Shown here: in pieces, positions 1-12,425 of the stretch
How positions within the stretch are numbered: the stretch's first letter is position 1
Layout of the letters: the number at the start of each line of letters is the position of its first letter
Origin: Octopus sinensis
Taxonomy: Eukaryota
Direction: 5' to 3'
NCBI RefSeq assembly: GCF_006345805.1
Contig: NC_043006.1
Coordinates: 79,422,001-79,486,000, forward strand
Length of the DNA: 64,000 bases
Position numbers and translations under genes: made by a program
The notes under the pieces: model-generated
Told to the model about the DNA's origin: nothing
Seen by the model: only the letters and a program-made list of their open reading frames with translations
Database searches by the model: none

Positions 1-930
1 AATTTTCTTTCTTTCTTTCTTTTCTTTTACTTCTTTCAGTCAATTGACTGCAGCCATGCTGGAGCACCACCTTTAGTCCAGCAAATCAACCCCAGGAATT
101 TCAGGCCCTTAGCCTATAGTAGAAAGGATTATTATGATCATTATCATTATTATTATTATTCTTAAATCTTCTGTATCTTTATGTTCTGAGTTCAAACTCC
201 ACTGAGGTTAATTCTGCCTTTCATCTTTTCAGGGTCAATAAATTAAGTACCAGTTATGTTTTGGGGTCGATCTAATCGACTGGCCCCCACCTCCTCAAAA
301 ATTTCAGGCCTTGTACCTATAATAGAAAGGATTATTATTGTTGTTATTTTCCCTTTTTTCCCTCCCAAGAGGAAAAAGTAAAAGAAATAAAAATCTATTT
401 GAAGTTAACTAGTAAAATACCAAGCAATATCTGACACCCGGTCCCTGGCTAGATCCTACCCCAGCCTCTTTATCTACCATCTAGACTACCCCAAGTCTGT
501 AGTTTGTTTAAAAAGTAAGTGTGACTCAATAACATTCACTGACGGTTAAATGTGATTCCAATCTGTAAACACAGTTCAAAAGTATTTTAAAAAAAAGAAA
601 AAGGCTTCACTCAAGGCACCAGGTCTGGATTTCCGATTAAACAAATTCTAAAGAATTCACGCAATCAGCTAAAAGATCTTGAATACAGTGCATATCTGAT
701 TTAAGAGACGACAGGAAATATATATATAGAGAGAGAGAGAGAACGACGGATGTTAACTGTTTCACAAACTTCAAGGGCCAAATAAATATGAACAGTATAT
801 TCTATCCTACCAGAATCAATAAAATTCATTACCAGTAATATACTTGGGTTTACATCAGTAGATTTTAACAGAGTATCGCAACAATGTGGAGGTGGTGTAT
901 ACAGTAGTTAGGGGTGTCACGAGGTTTTAA

Positions 931-1149
931 CCCTTTAGCGTTCAGATTATTCTATCAAACATAATGCTTCTTGATTCCCATTGATTTGAATTAATCATGC
1001 ATTATCTCATATCTTCAAGATCTTGATGGTGTAATTATTTAATGTAGAATAACATTGTAGGGTAGGTGTGAGAGCCTGGATCTGGTCAGTTTGAACATAA
1101 AACAGATTAGCTATTTTGGCCGGATATGGCCGGTTTAAATACTAAAGGG
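931..1149. mobile_element. piggyBac-like MITE (TTAA TSD)
   Basis: TTAA|ccctttagcgttca ... ttaaatactaaaggg|TTAA. Related copies or fragments at about 27966-28190, 46365-46402 and 52490-52570. Confidence 0.75.
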
Positions 1150-1492
1150 TTAAAGTTGTATAACATAGGCAGAGGCACATACAATTCCGGGTTCAGTCCC
1201 ACTGTGTGGCACTTTGGGCGAGTGTCTTGACCAAAGACTTGTGAATTGATTTGTTAGATGGAAAACTGAAGAAAGCCAGTTATATACACGTGTGGGGGGA
1301 GAGTCTCCCTCTCTTTCTCTCTCTCTTGACATCACAGTTGGTTGTGAACAAGCATTACCGTCATGCAAGAGGTGTCAATTTCCTCAATCTTTCATGAAAA
1401 TAAGTGTGTTTGTGTGTGTATGCATGTGTTTGTGTGTGTACGCATGTGTGTGTGTGTGTGTGCATGTGTGTGTGTGTATTTATCATTCTTAA

Positions 1493-1690
1493 GCAAGAAT
1501 GTTGTTGACAGTGACTTTAAAATTTCAGCCAGTTGACAATAGCTTAACAGTCCAAAACTTGGAAGTCACAGTCAACAACATTCTTGCATTAGAATAATCA
1601 AACTAGTATGCTACAAAGTATAGAGAAATCCATCAGATTCATATAAAATTGTTTTTATTATAGCTGAACATAAAAACAAAAATTAACATT
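1493..1690. mobile_element. Foldback/MITE-like repeat, copy 1
   Basis: 25-bp inverted repeat gcaagaatgttgttgacagtgactt (1493-1517) / aagtcacagtcaacaacattcttgc (1563-1587), plus ~100 bp of 3' flank shared with copy 2. Confidence 0.6.
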
Positions 1691-1717
1691 ATATATAACA
1701 TTACATAAATATATGTG

Positions 1718-1778
<61 letters not shown>

Positions 1779-1781
<3 letters not shown>

Positions 1782-2153
1782 TGTGTGGTAAGTAGCTTGC
1801 TTACCAACTACATGGTTCCAGGTTCAGTCCCACTGCGTGGCACCTTGAGCAAGTGTCTTCTACTTTAGCCTCGGGCCGACCAAAGCCTTGTGAGTGGATT
1901 TGGTAGACGGAAACTGAAAGAAGCCCGTCGTATGTGCGTGTGTGCATATATTTTTGTGTTTGTACCCCACCATGACTTGACAACTGATGTATGCATGTTT
2001 ACATGCCAGTACCTTAGCGGTTCAGCAAAAGAAACTGATTGAATAAGTATTGGGTTACAAAGAATAAGTCCTGGGGTCAATTTGTTCGACTAAAGGCAAT
2101 GCTCCAGCATGGCTGCAGTCAAATGACTGAAACTAGTAAAAGAAAGAATAAAA
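1779..2153 (+). mobile_element. tRNA-derived SINE, family A (full length)
   Basis: A box TGGCTGTGTGG, B box GGTTCAGTCC, a CCTTGGGCAAGT motif resembling the start of the CORE domain, an internal microsatellite, and a 3' stem-loop cagtc-aaat-gactg with an (AAAAG)-like tail. About 35 copies or fragments in the window. Confidence 0.9.
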
Positions 2154-2221
2154 GTGTGTATACATATATATATACACACACACACATACATACATATATA
2201 TATATATCTATATATATATAT

Positions 2222-2450
2222 ATCTTTATTGCCCACAAGGGGCTAAACGTAGAGGGGACAAACAAGGAGAGACAAACAGATTAAGTCGATTACATCGACC
2301 CCAGTGCGTAACTGGTACTTAATTTATCGACCTCGAAAGGATAAAAGGCAAAGTCGACATCGGCAGAATTTGAACTCACAACGTAACAGCAGACGAAATA
2401 CGGCTACGCATTTCGCCCGGATTGCTAACGTTTCTGCCAGCTTGCCGCCT
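2222..2450 (-). mobile_element. tRNA-derived SINE, family B (Nin/Deu-like central domain)
   Basis: Head GGCGGCAAGCTGGCAGAAACG...GAGTTCAAATTC, then CTTT.ATCCTTTCG.GGTCGATAAATTAAGTACCAG, which resembles the Nin/Deu SINE domain as I recall it. Tail ...ccccttgtgggcaataaagata. About 25 units in the window, including a shorter variant ending ...tttcaggccttgtgcctagagtagaaaag. Confidence 0.85.
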
Positions 2451-3313
2451 TTTTTATATATATATATATATATATCACACACATACATGTCATATGATAA
2501 TAGTCAAAGTTAACTATGGCAGGTATAGGAAGAAGTAAGTTGTGAGAGGTTGAACAATGCTTATGCTCTGGTACATATTAGATCATATTAACTGTTGGTA
2601 GCTGATGTAATAATTTAGTTTACAATTTGACACACAAAGCATTAAAGTGCATATTACATACCTGCAAATGAAGTTCATGGCACATACATGCATGCAACAC
2701 ACACACACACACATTGTGAGCTTTGAAATACTGTCAGGCAGAGACATGTGAGAGAAAGAGCAAGCCAAGCTGAGAGTACAGAACAAAGAGAAATCTTCAC
2801 GGAAATTGACACAAAATAACGTCTGCATGGTTAGGTTGGAGTAGATGCTACTGCACCCAGTTTGGTGCGATGGTTGTGTGAAGGGTGGAGTAAAAGTGCG
2901 TTTTAGAGTATGGAATGAAAAAAAGGAAAACAATGCTCGACATTCCTTGGTAGCATTGCCAATGCTGCTGGGCATCACTGGAGAAAGTGCTGAAATCTTT
3001 GTGGTCTCAACGGTTGATGAAGGGAGAGTTTTCTAGTATGGGATGCTTGTAACTAGGTATGGACAGGCATAGGTGTGGATCTGTTGCTTCCCAACCAGGT
3101 GGTCTAAGGTTCAGTCCCACTGTGTGGCACCTTGGGCAAGCTGTTTTCTACTATAGCACCATGCCAACTTACAACCTGATGAATGGATCTGGTAGATGGA
3201 AAAGGAAAGAAATCTGCCTATATTTATAAATATATATATATATATAATATATATATATATTATTTATATATATATATATATTATTTATATATTATTTATA
3301 TATATATATTATA

Positions 3314-3349
<36 letters not shown>

Positions 3350-3355
<6 letters not shown>

Positions 3356-3600
3356 TCATCGTCGTCGTTTAACATCTGTTTTCCATGCTAGCACGGGTTG
3401 GATGGTTCAACCAGGGTCTGGGAAGCCAGGAGGCTGCACCAGGCTCCAGTCTGATCTGGCAGTGTTTCTACAGCTGGATGCGCTTCCTAACGCCAACCTC
3501 TCCGTGAGTGTAGTGGGTGCTTTTTACGTCCCACTGGCACAGGTGCCAGGGGAGGCTGGCAACGGCCACGATCGGTTGGTGCTTTTTACGTGCTACCGGC
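3350..3600 (-). mobile_element. RTE 3' UTR fragment
   Basis: (CAT)n, then cgtttaacatctgttttccatgctagc... A similar minus copy lies at 24180-24430. Confidence 0.8.
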
Positions 3601-3689
3601 ATATATAATATTAGGGAATATGATTCCAAACTTACAGGGAAAAATTCAATTTAGTAATACTAAATCAAATTTTATAATATGTATATGTA

Positions 3690-3825
3690 TATAAATTAGA
3701 AAAGAACCACCATGAAGCAATTCAACAATGATATAATATTGTATATTTAATTTTATTTAATTTTTTTCTATGTAGTATGATTATATCATTGTTGAATTGC
3801 TACATGGTGGTTCTTCACTAATTGT
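3690..3825. repeat. Foldback inverted repeat (~41-bp arms, AT-rich spacer)
   Basis: tagaaaagaaccaccatgaagcaattcaacaatgatataat (3697-3737) is nearly the reverse complement of 3780-3820. Confidence 0.75.
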
Positions 3826-3870
3826 TATATACACACACACACACTGATATATACACATATTTATTATACT

Positions 3871-4085
3871 TATACAAGAATGTTGTTGACAGTGACTTCA
3901 CAGTTTCAACCAGCTAATCTATCGTCAGACAGTCTGACAATGGTTTAGCTGGCCAAAACTTCAAAGTTACTGTCAACAACATCTTTGTATAAGAATAATA
4001 AACTTGTACTCTACAAGAGTATAGAGTTACCCATTAGAATAATGTAAAATTGTTTTTATTATAACTGAACACAGAAACAAAGAGT
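3871..4085. mobile_element. Foldback/MITE-like repeat, copy 2
   Basis: tatacaagaatgttgttgacagtgactt ... aagttactgtcaacaacatctttgtata, with TA-like ends; colinear with 1493-1690. Confidence 0.6.
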
Positions 4086-4324
4086 GAAACACACACACAC
4101 ACATACACATGTGTGTGTGTGTGTATGTATGTATGTGCATGTGTGTGTGTGTATGTTTGTATGTGCATGTGTGTGTGTATGTTTGTATGTGCATGTGTGT
4201 GTGTGTATGTTTGTATGTGCATGTGTGTGTGTGTGTGTTAATGTATACCCTTGTCTAGATATAAGGTGATGGTTGCAAATGAGCAGGCCAAGTTGATCAT
4301 TTCCAGTCTTCCATGAAAAGCATG

Positions 4325-4736
4325 GGATCTTTTTGGTTTGAACAGCAGTTTTTTTTAAATAATTTCCACATAACTAAACACTTTTAAACTTTGTATACTG
4401 GTAGAATGTGTTTATAAAACATCTTTTTCTCTTGGCTTTATTGAGAAAATTCTATAGTTTGTGAGTTATTTGTTGTTTTTTTCTTCAATTTCTGCAATTT
4501 CAACCAATCAATGATGTCTATTGAGGTGAAAACATTCTGTGCTGTATGAATATGTCCCTCGTTTTTAAGAAACAGATTGGGTTTATTTACATTTCTGAAG
4601 AAAAAAAGATACCCTTATCTCACCCCTAACCCTAAAATAGATTGAAATGCAATAGATCGATACTAGGGTCACAATTATGGGTGACAATTTCATATGACAC
4701 TGCTAGAAAAAACTGCCGTTCAAACCGAAAAGATCT
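4325..4736. mobile_element. MITE with ~30-bp TIRs and 8-bp TSD
   Basis: TIRs ggatctttttggtttgaacagcagttttt / aaaaaactgccgttcaaaccgaaaagatct. Direct repeat aaagcatg at 4317-4324 and 4737-4744. Inserted into an A2-type SINE tail. An 8-bp TSD fits hAT, Merlin or P; not resolved. Confidence 0.75.
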
Positions 4737-5629
4737 AAAGCATGTCTTAGCTATGGGAAAATCTGCCTCAACAAACTCCATTTGATTTTAAGCAAGCATA
4801 GAAAAGTGGACATTAAATGATGATATCAACACCATTGTGTATCCTGGCTGGGCTGCTTGTTGTAAGAGCTAATTAGACAGGGCACTAAAAGGAAGGGCAT
4901 TAGTCTGTAAGACACAGCCTCAAAAAACCCAATCAGTAAATGGAAAGCCTGGAAAAGTAGAAGTGGAACCACAATGATGACAACCAATGACATCAACTTG
5001 TGTAAAAGAATGATATCTAGCAATAAAATTTCTTGCACTAAATACTCTCACAATCTGTCTGTCTCTCCAGAGAGAGAGAGAGAGAGCTAAAGAGGCAGTG
5101 AGTGAGTGAATGAGAGAGAGAGAGAGAGAGATAACAAGGTGAGTGGGTGAATGTGAGATAGAAAGACAAGCACAGTGAGTCAGAGTGGATCATTCACAAA
5201 CTATTCCGTTTCAACTATAATGGATCCTTTTACATAGTCTGGTATAATGAACAACACTTAAATACTACATTCATAAGTGTTTCAAATTAATTCATTCTGT
5301 GAAGATAACCAAAGATACTTAAAAGTTTTTGTTTTTTTTGTTTTTTTTGCCTAACATGCCTTATTATTAAGAATATATTTTCGGTTCGTTGATGTCTGAG
5401 ACAAACTAGAGACTTGGCAGTTTGAATCAGTTTTGTGGTTTAACTCTTCACATACTGACCCAAATATTTTCTTAATTAAACATGAAGACCAGTACAAATT
5501 ATCTTGTCCAATTAGATAAGAGCTAATACCCTGGAAACCAAACCTGCTGTGCTTTCATATGACAACAATGATGATGATTTTCAAAATAATAATAATAATA
5601 ATAACAATAATAACATTAATAATAATAGG

Positions 5630-6020
5630 CAATTCAAGGGTGAAATATAAGGAGTAAGGATAATAGATATTGCAATACCAGGCGATTCGAGGGTGAAATG
5701 TAAAGAAACAGAAAAGATTGAGAAATACCAGCCACTGCGGGATGAGATAGGAAAGTTATGGGGCATGTGGAAAGTAATGGTGGTAATTGGAACATTAGGA
5801 ACAGTTTCCAAGGGCTTAGAAAAACATATTAAGAATATTGGAGCTGCTCTCAGGCTCGAGGGGATCCAGAAGACAGCATTGTCGGGCACAGCTCGCACTC
5901 TAAGAGAGTATTGTCTCTTTGAATCATAGGAGAAAGCACTACTTGAAACCATTGGTGATTTGTTATTGCCTGCTTTCAAGTAAAGAATAACCAGTAATTA
6001 AGAACTATCCAAGAGTCTTT
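5630..6020 (+). mobile_element. 5'-truncated R4/Dong-like non-LTR retrotransposon (restriction-like endonuclease C-terminus plus 3' UTR)
   Basis: Frame from 5660 reads IIDIAIPGDSRVKCKETEKIEKYQPLRDEIGKLWGM...IGTLGTVSKGLEKH...IQKTALSGTARTLR (stop at 5929), a typical RLE-domain motif. Flanked on both sides by (TAA)n tracts (about 5584-5625 and 6015-6080). Confidence 0.8.
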
Positions 6021-6079
6021 CAGAATAATAATTAATAATAATAATAATAATAATAAAATAATAATAATAATAATAATAA

Positions 6080-6630
6080 TCGTTTAACGTCCGCTTTCCA
6101 TGCTGGCATGGGTTGGACAATTTGACTGAGGACTAGCAAACCAGATGGCTGCACCAGGCTCTGGATGCCCTTCCTAACACCAACCACTCCGAGAGTGTAG
6201 TGGGTGCTTTTACATGCCACTGGCATGGGGGCCAGTCAGTTGGTACTGGCAACGGCCACACTCAAATGGTGTTTTTTACATGCCACCTGCACAGGAGCCA
6301 GTCCAGCGGCACTTACAACAACCTCGCTCAAATATTTTAGCATGTGCCACCAGCACAAGTGCCAGTAAGGCGACTCTGGTAACGATCATGCTTGAATGGT
6401 GCTTTTTACATGCCACCGGCACAGAAGCCAGTCAACACTCGGATTGTGTTCTTAGCACTCCACTAGCACGGATGCCAGTCATCGAATTTGATTTCAATTT
6501 CACTTGCCTCAACAAATCTTCGCAAGCAGAATTTAGTGTCCAATGAAGGAAAGGTATGCATAAGTGGGTTGGTTACATCCCTAGCATAGGCCATGGTCTC
6601 ACTTGGCTTGCTGGGTCTTCTCAAACATAA
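6080..6630 (-). mobile_element. RTE LINE 3' fragment (long 3' UTR)
   Basis: Homologous to 36290-36931; begins with ...FEKTQQAK*; its tail merges into (TAA)n. Confidence 0.8.
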
Positions 6631-6849
6631 TAATAATAATAAATAATCCTATTTACTATAGGCACAAGGCCTGGAACTTTGGGGAAGTGGGGACTAGTCG
6701 ATTACATTCACCCCAGGGTTTTACTGGTACTTAATTTATCGACCCCAAATGGATGAAAGGCAAAGTTGACCTCAGTACAATTTGAACTCAGAACAAAAAG
6801 ATTTAACATAATACATATATAATACAAAGTACTTAATACAAAATAATAG

Positions 6850-7240
6850 GAATGGCTGTGTGGTAAATAGCTTGCTTACCAACCACATGGTTCTAGGTTT
6901 AGTCCCACTGCATGGCACCTTGGGCAAGTGTCTTCTACTATAGCCTTGGGCCGACCAAAGCCTTGTGAATGGATTTGGAGGACAGAAACTGAAAGAAGCC
7001 CGTCGTATGCATGTGTGTGTGTGTGTGTGTCTGTGTTTGTCCCCCAACAATGCTTGACAACCAATGCTGGTGTGTTTACATTCCTGTAACTTAGCAGTTC
7101 AGCAAAAAAGATCCGATAGAATAAGTACAAGGCTTACAAAGAATAAGTCTGGGGTGGGGGATCGATTTGCTTGACTAAAGGCAGTACTCCAGCATGGCCG
7201 GAGTAAAATGACTGAAACAAGTAAAAGAAAGAATAAAAGA
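6850..7240 (+). mobile_element. SINE family A
   Basis: Colinear with 1779-2153. Confidence 0.9.
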
Positions 7241-7332
7241 ATACATACATAGTGCTTAAAAAAACGTGTTGATGATAACCAGGTTAATAATAGAGAAATT
7301 TACTTGCTCTGCCTCATAGTACAATGTTTCAT

Positions 7333-7758
7333 ATTTCATTACTGCCCAGAAGGGGCTAAACATAGAGGGCACAAACAAGGACAGACAAAGGGATTAAGTC
7401 GATTACATTGACCCCGGTGCGTAACTGGTACTTATTTAATCAGCCCTAAAAGGATGAAAGGCTAAGTCGACCTCGGCTGAATTTGAACTCAAAAAGTAGC
7501 GGCAGACGAAATACCTATTTCTTTACTGCCCACAAGGGGCTACACACAGAGGGGACAAACAAGGACAGACAAACAGATCAAGTCGATTATATTGACCCTA
7601 GTGCATAACTGGTACTTATTTAATCGACCCCGAAAGTATGAAAGGTAAAGTCGACCTCGGCAGAATTTGAACTCAGAACGTAGCGGCAGATGAAATACCG
7701 CTAAGCATTTCACCCGGCATGCTAACGTTTCTGCCAGCTTGCCACCTTAAAACGTGGT
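7333..7758 (-). mobile_element. Family-B SINE dimer inside a single 17-bp TSD
   Basis: atagtacaatgtttcat at 7316-7332 and 7759-7775; the unit junction is near 7515. Confidence 0.9.
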
Positions 7759-8663
7759 ATAGTACAATGTTTCATGCTACATTTTTCATAATAAATAAAT
7801 ATATTCATTCTAAGTTTTATTATTCAGTACCAACTCATAACAAAGTATATGTAAGGATGTGGTAAAGATAGAAGGGGGGAGGAAGTGAGAGAGAAGTAGA
7901 AGGGAGAGTACAAATGAACAAGCAATGTCTAAAGAACTCTGTTGAGGTCTTAAGATGGATTGAAATGTAGTGCAAGCGTAGGAAATTGAAACATGAAAGA
8001 CGGGGCAAATAGACTAAACGCTATTGAAATCATAATAAGATTTGAATGAAAGCAATATTCTGTAGTTGAATAATGAAAGAAAACTATTGACGTAACGTTT
8101 TTAATCAAGTCCAAAATGAAAGCAAATATTGATAACGCCAGCGATTATTAATACTTCAACTCGATAGTCTGATAATGAAAAAGAGCACTCGTGTTCTATT
8201 GTAGACTAACTAACTATAAGGACTGCGGGGGGGAGGAGAGAGAGAGAGGAACTATTCTTTGAACATAGATGACAATAATGGAAATGACTGTACTTTAAAA
8301 CAGACAAGATAACTAACATTACAGAACTACAGAATAATAGTGTTGAGTGAATTTGAGTGAGTTTTCTCTCATTTTTGTTTGTAGTTGTCGGTCTATCTAC
8401 ATGGTTCCGGGGGTTTTATCGGTGTGGGGACGTATTCAACAACTCTAGTGGTGGTGGTGTTGCAGTGACAAAATGCACCCAGTATGCTGTTGAGTGGTTT
8501 GGGGTGGTTAGGAAGGGTATCCAGCAGTAGAAATGAAGGTCAAACGATATGCCCGATATGCCCGAATACCAGTCGCTGCTCTAAACTAGAATCGAAGCAA
8601 ACTGTGGTGACCCATCCAACCCTTGCTAGCACGGAAAGCAAAGAAGAAATAACAATATTGGTG

Positions 8664-9057
8664 AAAGTGGTGACGGAGTGGTGGTGGTGAAGGTGGTGGT
8701 GAAGGTGGCGGCGGTTGTTGGGGTGGTAGTGGTGGTGGCAGCAGTGGTTGGGGTTGTAGTGGTGGCGGCGGCAGTGGTTGGGGTAGCAGTGGTGGTGGTG
8801 TCAGTATTGGTGGTGGAGGCGATTGTGGTGGGCAGTGGTGACGGAGTGGTGGTGGTGAAGGTGGCGGCGGTTGTTAGGGTGGTAGTGGTGGTGGCAGCAG
8901 TGGTTGGGGTTGGGGTGGTAGTGGCAGCAGTGGTTGGGGTGGCGGCGGCGGTGGCTGGGGTGGTAGTGGTGGTGGCAGCAGTGGTTAGGGTGGTAGTGGT
9001 GGCGGCGGCGGTGGTGGTTGGGGTAGCAGTGGTGGTGGTGGTGGCAGTGTTGGTGAC
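8664..9057. repeat. (GGT/GGC/AGT)n triplet minisatellite with a ~165-bp higher-order duplication
   Basis: The block gtggtgacggagtggtggtggtgaagg starts at 8667 and again at 8835. Confidence 0.85.
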
Positions 9058-9417
9058 ATGTGCCGTTATGAGAAGGCAGGTCAGAGAGAGGAAGAGACAA
9101 AGAGCACCTTATGCATCTTTCTTTTTTTTTTGCTTTACTTCCAGCACTTGACTTTATAACATGTTCCAGGCACTTCTCAGTTCAAAAAAGAAAAACATAA
9201 AATGTCAGAACACCAATGTCCCAGAATCCCTTCTCCTCATGAACTGAGTGTGTTATGAACACATAGTTGTCATAATGGGGAAACTGTTTTCCTGTGACGA
9301 ACACAATAGTGATCAGCATATTTATGTTTGAATCTGTCAGAACATATTAAGAATACACATGCAAGTTGTCATTTCCCCTCTTGCTGTTCACCATGCATGC
9401 AACAATTTATTAGATCT

Positions 9418-9687
9418 TATTTCTTTATTGCCCACAAGGGGTTAAACATAGAGGAGACAAACAAGGACAGACAAAGGGATTAAGTCGATTACATCGACCC
9501 CAGTGCATAACTGGTACTTAATCTATCGACCCCGAAAGAATGAAAGGCAAAGTTGACCTCGGCGTAATTTGAACTCAGAACATTAAGACAGATGAAATAC
9601 CTATTTCTTTACTGCCCACAAGGGGCTACACACAGTGAGGACAAACAAGGACAGACAAACAGATTAAGTCGATTATATGGATCCCAG
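9418..9687 (-). mobile_element. Family-B SINE dimer (partial)
   Basis: Same junction gaaatacc|tatttctttac near 9600. Confidence 0.85.
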
Positions 9688-9810
9688 TGGCTGTGTGGTA
9701 AGAAGCTTGCTTCCCAACCACATAGTTCCGGGATCAGTCTCAATGCGTGGCACCTTGGGCAAGTGTCTCCTACTATAGCCTCAGGCTGACCAAAGCCTTG
9801 TGAGTGTGTA

Positions 9811-9844
<34 letters not shown>

Positions 9845-10225
9845 GGGGGAGAATTCACAAAAAAACAAAAGACGAAGACAGGTGGTGTAGAAAACAAACA
9901 GATGTATTAGTATAACGCTCGGGAATTGAAAAAGTCTTTAACGTTTTGAGCCTACGCTCTCCCACAGAAAGAAACAAGGGGAGAAAAAAATGTGTGTAGT
10001 GGCTAGCCATACATATATATACATGTGTGTATTTGTGTGCCTGTGTTCGTTCCCCCACTATCGTTTGACAACTGATCTTGGTGTGTTTACATCCCTGTGA
10101 AAGAGACTAATAGAATAAATATTAGGCTTACAAAGAATATGTCCTGGGGTCAAATTGTTCTAGTAAAGGCAGTGCTCCAGCATGGCCACACTCAATTGAC
10201 TGAAACAAGTAAAAGAACAAAAGAG
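9688..10225 (+). mobile_element. SINE family A, interrupted by a Penelope-type fragment
   Basis: Head at 9688-9810, tail at 10030-10225. Confidence 0.8.
9845..10010 (-). mobile_element. Penelope-type terminal fragment with a hammerhead-like fold, inside the (TA)n of a SINE
   Basis: Minus strand 9972-9935 reads TCTTT-ctgtggga-GAGC gtag GCTC-aaaac-gt-t-AAAGA. It interrupts the family-A SINE at 9688-10225. Confidence 0.5.
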
Positions 10226-10229
10226 TATA

Positions 10230-11300
<1,071 letters not shown>

Positions 11301-12029
11301 TAACAAACAATGAAAATATATAAAACATCATTGCTGAACTGTATAATTTGTTACTAAAAGCAAGGAACAAGTATATAAATCATGTCTTTTTGAGGCTAAA
11401 TGGACAACCCAACAACAGCAGGGGGGTGGGGTGGAGAAAGTGAGAGAGAGAAAGAAAAAAGAAAGAATGAGAGAAAGAGTAAGAAAGAAAGAGAGAGAAA
11501 ATCGTCAGATTACAACACTTCCCATCGAAATCAATTGCTTATCGTCATGTGCTTTGCCTTAAGAATTTCGTCCCTAATTGAACATCATACAAACTATTGT
11601 AGCGTGAAGAAATTTTAATTTAACATGTGAATCATATCCACTAACTAAATTCAGAAATGACATCATTCTCTCCTAAGCCCCTGCTACCGCCAGCCATACT
11701 GAATCTCACCACTACTTCAACACTGCTGCCTCCGCTGCCACTGCCACCACTCCCATCACTAACCAGTGCTTCTCCAGCTTCCTCGGACGGTACCTGGATT
11801 TAGCTTTATTTTTACAACCTACTGCCCGATCGCTACAAAATATTGATTACTAAAATACTGCTTGCGAAAGCGAAAAATAAAAATGTTCTGTTGTCATCCA
11901 GACAAAACTGAAACAACCATACAAATAGTTACAGCATGTTAGGTCTCTCTCTTGCAGGAAGCGAACTCTTAGCGCCAGTGAAAAAAAGGGCCTGTACATG
12001 ATATATTGAAGGGAACCTCTAAAGAATTA

Positions 12030-12425
12030 TCTTTTACTTGTTTCAGTCAGTGGACTGTAGCCATGCTGGGGCACCACCTTCAAGGACTTAGTCAAATAAA
12101 TCAACCCTAGTACTTTTTTTTTTCCTTAAGCTTACTACTTATTCTATCAGTCACTTTTTGCCAAACCACTAAGTTACAGGGATGGAAACAAACTAACACC
12201 AGTTGTTAAGTAGTAGTGGGGAACAAACAAGCACAAAGACACACACAAGCACGTGCACACACACACACAGACACACACACACACGATGGGCTTCTTTCAT
12301 TTTCTGTGAACCAAATCCACTCACAAGGCTCTGGTCAACCCAAGTCTACAGCAGAAGACACTTGCTCAAGATGCCACACAGTGGGACTGAACCTAGACCC
12401 AAGTGGTTATGAAGTAAACTTCTTA
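12030..12425 (-). mobile_element. SINE family A
   Basis: Reverse-complement copy. Confidence 0.85.

Noticed and set aside
8372-8460. Plus-strand acceptor-like site (tttttgtttgtag) with CpG-containing downstream sequence
   Set aside because: No frame gives a recognisable protein and there is no convincing donor.
8678-9151. 157-aa Val/Ala-rich plus-strand ORF as a membrane protein, or the Gly-rich frame as a structural protein
   Set aside because: Product of a GGT-type triplet repeat; the Gly-rich frame has internal stops, and there is no splice or promoter support.
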